Source of the DNA: Octopus vulgaris
Taxonomy: Eukaryota
Length of the DNA: 64,000 bases
Assembly (NCBI GenBank): GCA_951406725.2
Contig: OX597814.1
Coordinates: forward strand, 214,954,001 to 215,018,000
Reading direction: 5' to 3'
Shown here: positions 56,408 through 64,000 of the stretch, piece after piece
Layout: each line of letters starts with the position of its first letter
How positions within the stretch are numbered: the first letter of the stretch is position 1
Notes under the pieces: generated by a model
Seen by the model: only the letters and a program-made list of their open reading frames with translations
Told to the model about the DNA's origin: nothing
The model's database searches: none
Program-made: the position numbers and the translations under genes

Positions 56408-56618
56408 TCAAATTTTGGCACCAGGCCAGCAAATTCGTGGTTGGGGGACGAGTCGAATACATGGACTCCAGTACTCAACTAGTACTTATTTCATCGATCG
56501 AGAAAGGACGAAAAGCAAAGTCGACCTCGGTGGAATTTGAAATCAGAATATAAAGACGAACGAAATGCTGCTAAGCATTTTGTCCGCCGTGTTACCGATT
56601 CTGCCAGCTCGTAGCCTT
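56408..56618 (-). mobile_element. SINE family B, older copy
   Basis: GCAAAGTCGACCTCGGTGGAATTTGAA...CTGCCAGCTCG. Confidence 0.85.
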
Positions 56619-56657
56619 AATAATAATAATAATAATAACAATAACAATAATAATAAC

Positions 56658-56698
<41 letters not shown>

Positions 56699-56707
56699 TA
56701 ATAATAA

Positions 56708-56810
56708 TCTGCAAGAATCCTAAGAGAAATTCTTCAGATTTGAAACTTGTCAACAAACCTTAGGATAACATGTCGGCTAACTCAATTGGACTTTTGTATA
56801 ATGATGGTAA
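56708..56810 (+). mobile_element. Extreme 3' end of an R4/Dong LINE, following (TAA)n
   Basis: ARILREILQI* plus 3' UTR. Confidence 0.55.
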
Positions 56811-56901
56811 TAAAAATAGTAACTGGTTGAGGTCTAAAGCCAACAATTTTGAGAGGTGGGGGGGCTTGGTCGACACCATCGACATCAGTACTTAATTGAT
56901 A

Positions 56902-57131
56902 GGCGGCGAGCTGGCAGAATCGTTAGCACGCCGGGCGAAATGCTTATCGGTATTTCGTCTGCCGCTACGTTGTGAGTTCAAATTCCGCCGAGGTCGACTT
57001 TGCCTTTCATCCTTTCGGGGTCGATTTAAATAAGTACCAGTTACGTACTGGGGTCGATATAATCGACTTAATCTGTTTGTCTGTCATTGTTTGTCCTCTC
57101 TGTGTTGAGCCCCTTGTGGGTAGTAAAGAAA
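56902..57131 (+). mobile_element. SINE family B nested in an older antisense B copy (56820-56900 and 57140-57230)
   Basis: Full consensus match; the flanks continue an old minus-strand copy. Confidence 0.88.
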
Positions 57132-57400
57132 GAGATATTTTATTTTATCAACTCACGGGGAATAAAAGGCAAAGTTGACTCTGGTGGAGTTAGGACTCAG
57201 AATGTAAAAGAGCTGGAAACAAGGGACACAAATTTTCCACACTTCTCGAAATCCTCCGATAGTAACACTTGACGGTCACATCAGTTACGTCTGGTTTTGT
57301 CCCCCGATGACACTGGAATAGTTTCCTCAACCTTGTCTAATAATTAATACTGTCTTGGTTTTTATGATGCTGTTGTTTCTAGCATTGTTATTGTTGATAC

Positions 57401-57791
57401 GTGGAGGCGCAATGGCCCAGTGATTAGGGCAGCGGACTCGCGGCGTAGGATCGCGGTTTCGATTCCCAGACCGGGCGTTGTGAGTGTTTATTGAGCGAAA
57501 ACACCTAAAGCTCCACGAGGCTCCGGCAGGGGATGGTGGTGATCCCTGCTGTACTCTTTCACCACAACTTTCTCTCACTCTTACTTCCTGTTTTCTGTTG
57601 TACCTGTATTTCAAAAGGCCGGCCTTGTCACTCTCTCTGTGTCACGCTGAATATCCCCCGAGAACTACGTTAAGGGTACACGTGTCTGTCTGTGGAGTGC
57701 TCAGCCACTTACTCGTTAATTTCACGAGCAGGCTGTTCCGTTGATTCGCATCAACCGGAACCCTCGTCGCCGTAACCGACGGAGTGCTTCC
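57401..57791 (+). mobile_element. SINE family C (tail type 1), full length, with an 11-bp TSD
   Basis: ATTGTTGATAC at 57390-57400 and 57792-57802; A box TGGCCCAGTGA and B box GGTTTCGATTCC. Confidence 0.95.
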
Positions 57792-58788
57792 ATTGTTGAT
57801 ACATGTTGCTCTTTTTACTTCTGTTGTTGCTGACTCTATCAATGAGAATTTTGTAGCTATGGTTATAATGGTTTGTAGAGTTGATGCATCTAATGTTCTT
57901 ATTGTTTATACACTGCAGTTGTTCTTTTTATCGATATCCACCATTAAACAGCTGTTAACATATATGCTTTGTTATTGCGATTTCGAATCATTATTCTGTG
58001 TTTTTGATTATTTGTCTAATAGAAAAATGATGCAAATAATAATCTAAAGCATTCAACAAACCAATAAATGAATAAAATAGGCATTAGCATTGACAATCTA
58101 TGCTAAAAACAATATATGATGAGAAAGAAAATATTAGTCGATAACTATCTTTACTTTTCAATTTTCCTGGTGAGTACAAGAGACAAATTCCCGACCTGTT
58201 GCTTAATTTTCCTAGTTTTATCAGCGACATATAGTCTCTCTATAGCTTGCATAATTAATAGTGAGTAGATTACTAAATAAATATTAAAAAATACATTTGT
58301 TTATTTCACGATATAGAAAAACAGAATTATATTTTCTCACGAGCATATGTACTTGCAGTTTAGATTTTAAATAATGCAGCCAAATCATATTTAATTAATT
58401 GGATTCCAGTTATTCATTACAGGAAATTGTGGTATACATTATCAACTACGAGCAGATATTTTGGGGAGGAATTCTGATAAAGGTGATGACACTTATACAG
58501 AGTCTGACTTAATAAACCCGAATTCTTGCTTTCACTGTATAGATATTTAAGAATGTGAATTGCATATATTTCCAAACGTTAAAACAAAACAAAAAAAAAT
58601 TGCGTAATGAAAATGAACTGATTATTAGACATATTTTTGGCATATAACAGAAGTTTGCGTTTTTAGCTTGCGAATATAGTCTTTATTATTAGGTCGATCT
58701 GGAAGAAGGGGCTATACTCGTGGCCCTTGCAAGTCCTAAAGAGTGAAATGGCATGCCAGATATTTGAGCAACAATTTTGTTTGAATTA

Positions 58789-58823
58789 TTTAATATTACC
58801 ATGCTTATCATGGTAATATTAAA
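58789..58823. repeat. Perfect 15-bp inverted repeat with a 5-nt loop
   Basis: TTTAATATTACCATG-CTTAT-CATGGTAATATTAAA. Confidence 0.9.
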
Positions 58824-59164
58824 CAGAACTTTTCTTTAATTGAAAATTATCTTAAACAAGTTTTTGTCGAGAGTTGAAACTTAATCGTAAGAAAAATAAC
58901 ATTGATATGTCTTATTTTCGAAAACAAAAAAACCCTTGTGTTTTATGAAAACTCAGATATTTTACGTCACCGATAAACGACGGTCATGTTAATCTACCAT
59001 GAGTTGTGATTGGGATGTAGAAACAAAGTAAACTGCTGAATTCGACAACATTTCTTGGAATATATAACATCTTATTAATAGTGTAAGCAGTTGTGATTTG
59101 GGTGGATTCTTTTAGAGAAATGGATGTCAAATCCGGAGGAAAAAGCTCATTCTGGTGAACCTTG

Positions 59165-59225
59165 CTTTCGTATTCGTAGTTTGATCTTTCGTATTTGTAG
59201 TTTAATCTTTCGTGTTCGTAGTTTG
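59165..59225. repeat. 21-bp tandem repeat, 3 copies
   Basis: CTTTCGTATTCGTAGTTTGAT-like units. Confidence 0.85.
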
Positions 59226-59935
59226 TGAGTCCACTTCAAATCGTGGAGATTCTAATAAGAAGTGTAACTCTAATTATTACATCAATAGCAAAAGATAGAA
59301 CGTATCCTCTCAATCTTTATTAAATTTATGAAAAGAAACTTCAACTGAAGATCAACTCTCCACCGATATCTAAATAAAGAATTATTGAAATGAGAAGTGA
59401 CAAGCAACACTTGTTTCGAATTTATTAAAAGTATCCCAAACTCCTTAGTTCCATTCTCGATAATTATATCAATGCTATCGATGTGCTGAAATTTCTTAGA
59501 ATTTTCCAATGACAACTTGATCTATTGAATCTAAAGGAGACAATTTATTTTGTGGAAAGAACGTACCATTTATATTTTGAGCAACAATGATGTTCAGGTG
59601 TGATTCTTTGTATTATGATGGATGATGAGGAGAATATCAAACAGAAGAGTTACATTTTAGCAAAAGAAGTAATTCGCAGTGGAATTTCTAAAAAGATAAC
59701 AAAAGAATTGTCCCTTTAAGCTTAAACTTATTCTTAGAGAAGTATGCAAAATAACACACTTCCTGAAGAAGCCTGGATGGCTGGAAGGGTTTTGTCGGGA
59801 GAAGCACGATATGACAATAATATAATTTAATCAGTATAGAGTGAAATTACAAAAATACACAAATTACGTATTTGCGGCATATAAATGAAAATCAAAAAAA
59901 TTATTATCAACTATCAAATCTACGCTATATTTCTG

Positions 59936-59973
<38 letters not shown>

Positions 59974-59975
<2 letters not shown>

Positions 59976-60011
59976 TTTTATTCTTTTACTTGTTTCAGTT
60001 ATTTGACTCTG

Positions 60012-60016
<5 letters not shown>
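59974..60016 (-). mobile_element. ~42-bp SINE-A/LINE tail fragment inside (TA)n
   Basis: CTTTTACTTGTTTCAGTTATTTGACTCTGGCCA. Confidence 0.75.
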
Positions 60017-60062
<46 letters not shown>

Positions 60063-62098
60063 ATCCATCCATCCATCCATCTCTCCATGCACACATACAT
60101 GGTCTTAGTATGATACAAGAAAATCTAGTATAGAAATTTTTGTGTAAAAGGTGGAATTTGTTCCAATGTCGTAACTCTAGATATAGATTTTATGTTAGTT
60201 GAGTAGCTTATCAAATATTAATCTCTCAGACTTTTAGTTTTGGTATATTGCAGGAAATGATATTATCATAAAATGTCCTGAAAATTAATTACTACTTTAA
60301 ATTCTTACGGAATGTGTTATACATATGCTTTTACCAAAGGATTTATCAGTGCAAATGTAATGTAAAATCTTTGACTGGAGTTTGAACCGTGCGTGGGTTT
60401 CGGTTTATAAGTTGATGAATTATGCGTGAAGTAAGTTGTATGCTTTTAGTGAAAGCAGTACAGTTAAAATAGGATAAAAAACATCTATAATGTCTAATTG
60501 CAATGTACACTTCCGACAAGCAGTAGATATGAGTGGTTTAATATTTAATATTACTCAGTGGTTTAATATTTTCGTCTGTTCTAAATTAGTGCTCTAATGT
60601 CTAATATAATTTACAAGAAAATTATGCTCCACCTTCTGGGTACCCATTATTGACATCAAGCATATAGCGACATAGATGATCAAATTTTCAGTCAATTCAT
60701 TCACAATTCATTCATCCAAGGTCCCTAGTTGTTGCTCATTATTTCCTCAAATAGATTTTGTTCACTTGTTTCCTTGATGTCTTTACGAAACCTTTTCTAA
60801 AATTTACTCTATATTAATTGTTGCATTACCTCTTATTTTACGCAAGTTTAATTTTGCTTTCGGCTTTAAGAAAAGTACAAGGAAACGTTTCACATTAAAC
60901 GGGTCAATATAGGGCTCATAAGTAATAAGTTTTCCATTTTTAAATTCGCAGTTCGAACATTTCTGTAGGAAGGTCTTTTGTATGGATCAGATAGTAAAAT
61001 TTGCTTTCCATGATAAGCTAGAAAATTAGAAATCTAAAACATAAAGGGTGCAGTTTACTTATTAATTATTACATAAGTTAATTCTGTTAATCGTTAAAAT
61101 TACACATAGTCCTAGCATAATGCAAGAAAATTTACAATAAAATTTATCGTACAAAAAGCAGATTTTGCTTCACGACTGTATTTTAAAACTTAAGCATTCC
61201 TAATTACTAATTTGTTTAGAATTAATCTTGATTGATCTTGAATCTAAATTTAGGAATTAATCTTCATTCTTGTTAACGACTAAGGCAAATCGTACTATTT
61301 GGACTTATCTGAAAAACAATACTTTATCTTCTAAAATTTTCCCGATAGATCTACAACTGCAATTGGAATAAATAAATAAATAATTACGAGGTTTCAAGTA
61401 AAGTACGTATATATTAAATATTTCTCTATTTTAAAATTTTTATCCTTTTTCCACAGTTCATTCCTTCTTTAATATAGCTTTTTCCCCATTTAATTTTATC
61501 TTTTTCTTAGCCTGGAGCTTTGTCTTATCTATCTCTTATGAAATTTCACCGAAGGCGAACTATTATCTTTGTTAGCTTCACCGTTTGTATCAAGAAACGT
61601 GTTTCACCCTCCGGGACAGTATTTCCTTTTACAAAATAAATACAAAAATAAATAAATGAATAAATGATAATTTCAACAGTTAACAAGAAAAATGTTTAGA
61701 ATGAGCTATGCACGAAACGCTGGAAAACTTTGAAGTAATGTTAAATTGTATATCAGAGGAAATTCTAATCTCATTGAGTCAAGGACGTTTATGAAATAAT
61801 CATCATGATCCTCATGAAGTTCTGGTAATAATTTTCTAGTGTGGGTGTTTGTGATTCAGCGGAAATTAGATAGCAAAGATTATAAAATCTGGTTGGGTTA
61901 ACATCTAAATGTTACAAACCGAATTTTCAGTTTGATAATGAACGGAATCACATAGCAAGAAATACAATGATTTTCTTTCAAATGTCCGAGGTTCTAGATT
62001 TATTTATTCCGGAATCCCAATAAAGAATTAATTGAATAATTATACATACATACATACATACATACATACATACATACATACATACATACATACATACA

Positions 62099-62380
62099 TT
62101 ATGGCCATTGCACGAAGCTTAACTGTTACTGGTGCTGTGATCGAATGTGACTTTTTTAGCCCAGCTAAAGATCTACAATGTCTTGTACAAAATTGGCAAC
62201 TAAGATCTTTACTGGGCTTCATGTACCTTTGCATGTCATTTAAGTCCTCCTGCCGAATTACACTCTCTTCCACATGCCCGACAGATATGATTAGTATGGT
62301 GTGTTACACCACCTCTAGTGGCCAGGTTGTCATTCATCTGTCTCGTTTTATGACTACGAATATTGACTCATGAGTCCAGC
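62099..62380 (-). mobile_element. 3' end of an RTE-like LINE with two C2H2 zinc fingers and a (TATG)n tail
   Basis: HICRACGRECNSAGGLK*HAKVH and CQFCTRHCRSLAGLK/SHIRSQH (one frameshift in an A-run); flanked by (TACA)n. Confidence 0.7.
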
Positions 62381-63596
62381 TTTACATACATACATACATA
62401 CATACATACAAACATGCATACATACATACATACATACATACATACGAACACACACATCCGCACACACACACACACACACACCACTTTGATGTGCACAGTA
62501 TAAAGAGACGAGCTACTGATAGTTTTTTTTTGCATTGGAAACGCGAGTCTAGGCAGATTTTTGTAACACGCTTTTGTCTCCAAGAAATTTCAGGCTCTGA
62601 GCATCTGGACTAAATATATATGCCGTCTAATCCACATCCCGAGAAAACAAGTGGTTTACGACTTAAAATCTTTTGTTAGATCTTTTAATTCACTAAATGT
62701 TTTGTTTTTACTTGAAGTAGAACAATTAATGACAGGAATACAAAAACGTTTTTATTTTCATAAATTACTGATTTTATAATAATTTTAATAAAACCTTGCA
62801 AAATTATGTAGTTTATTTGCTTTGTTCATCTTTCATTGTAGAAGCTGCTCGATTTTTGATAGAAATATCTCGCACTTTTGGCAAAGTATTAAAGAGTGAA
62901 GTAAAATATGCAAATATATATATGTTACACAACATTTCACTTATTTCACTTGCTTTTTATATTATTTTAACAAATGTCAACATTTTGTCAACGCAATAAA
63001 AAACCGTGTTTTCATTTTGAATTGATTTTTATTGGCTGTTTTAGATACGTTCCTTCACAATATTGAAAGCAAGATAAATAAATAAACTAGTCATTCGTGA
63101 TATCAATTAAGACGTAGAACGTTATTTGGCATGATTAATTTTATATTTTCATAAATGACTAGTCAACATTCACCTTTACCCAAATATTTCAACGTGTGTG
63201 TGTATGCATATGTACACGTGGCAGTGCGAAACTTTGTGTCTATGTATGTGTGTATGTATGCCATGCATTGTGTGTGAACGATTCTTTCTTTGAAGAGCTG
63301 GATTAGTTGACCACCTAAACCCATATGAAACGGAGAAATCAAACTGCTTGCGCGATGGTTCGGTCGCCGCGTTTCGCGTAGTAGAATTGTTGAGTCTGAG
63401 TATTAATTGAGTCTGTGTATTAATTTGCGAATCGGCTGGTGACCTGACCAGGCATCATAAATCAGCCAGTGTTGCTAGGAAGCATACTGCTTAGATGTTA
63501 GATCTATGAAAGAGCTTACAGAACGGAAGCCGGGTTAAAGAACCACCTACATGCACACGTGCTAGGCTCAATAACGAAATAAAACTCTTTTGACAT

Positions 63597-63634
<38 letters not shown>

Positions 63635-63880
63635 GAGAGAGAGCAATTAGCAATCGGCATTCGGTATGTATGTATGTATGTATGTATGTATGTATGTATG
63701 TATGTATTCATGTATGTATGTATGTATGTATGTATGTATGTATGTATGTCATTATTCAATCTTATTCCAAGATTTCTTGCCAATAGAGAAAGAACCGGTT
63801 ACTAACCTAGATCCGAGGCTCTTTCATTGAAATTTCAACAGGGTATGTGCATGCATGTATGTAACTTTGTGGTGTTTATG

Positions 63881-63883
<3 letters not shown>

Positions 63884-63979
<96 letters not shown>

Positions 63980-63997
63980 TGTGTGTGTGTGTGTGTG
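63884..63997. repeat. (TG)n microsatellite
   Basis: Directly visible. Confidence 0.97.
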
Positions 63998-64000
63998 AAT

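Larger units (their letters stand above)
58400..59937 (+). pseudogene. Heavily decayed Penelope-like element (RT plus GIY-YIG endonuclease)
   Basis: Ordered remnants: SDKG (ADKG, ~58470); ELKL..KNN; VVIWVDSLE (after the DD); RTYPLNL (R.YP); T*SI..GD..F..ATM..C..LY.DG**GEYQT..SKR (CxxC/GIY-YIG); RIVPLS; then a hammerhead-like CTGAAGA-AGCC..GGCT-GGAA at 59763 and (TA)n. Confidence 0.55.

Noticed and set aside
57401-57480. tRNA-like sequences at SINE 5' ends
   Set aside because: No complete cloverleaf; they continue into SINE bodies and are bounded by TSDs
59327-59830. Possible host pseudogene in a single + frame (..EEAWMAGRVLSGEARY)
   Set aside because: Seven internal stops in ~170 codons, not clearly below chance, and no recognisable family; better explained as PLE remnants across frames

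Overview
AT-rich, microsatellite-dense animal DNA with no recognisable host protein-coding gene. The repeat landscape strongly suggests an octopus (coleoid cephalopod) intergenic or intronic region; this is an inference from recalled repeat families, not a database result. Most ORFs in the track are microsatellite or SINE artefacts. Main components: (1) three tRNA-derived SINE families, labelled A, B and C here, with about 35 copies, several with clean target-site duplications (TSDs), plus nested and dimeric forms. (2) A minus-strand cluster of R4/Dong-type RLE non-LTR retrotransposons at 8.7-18.3 kb, stacked in (TAA)n tracts. (3) Other LINE remnants: an internally deleted HERO-like element, CR1/L2-type fragments and an RTE-like 3' end with two C2H2 fingers. 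(4) DNA elements: two mariner derivatives, a hAT-Charlie MITE and a non-autonomous Helitron. (5) A decayed Penelope-like element (RT plus GIY-YIG remnants) at about 58.4-59.9 kb. The most interesting signal is a set of nine minimal type-I hammerhead ribozyme motifs, of about six sequence types and mostly with palindromic helix III. They lie in short elements, mostly next to (TA)n and often with inverted ends, which points to a Penelope/retrozyme-like non-autonomous system. Only the copy at 51.1 kb has an intact catalytic core. All homology calls come from motif recognition by eye.
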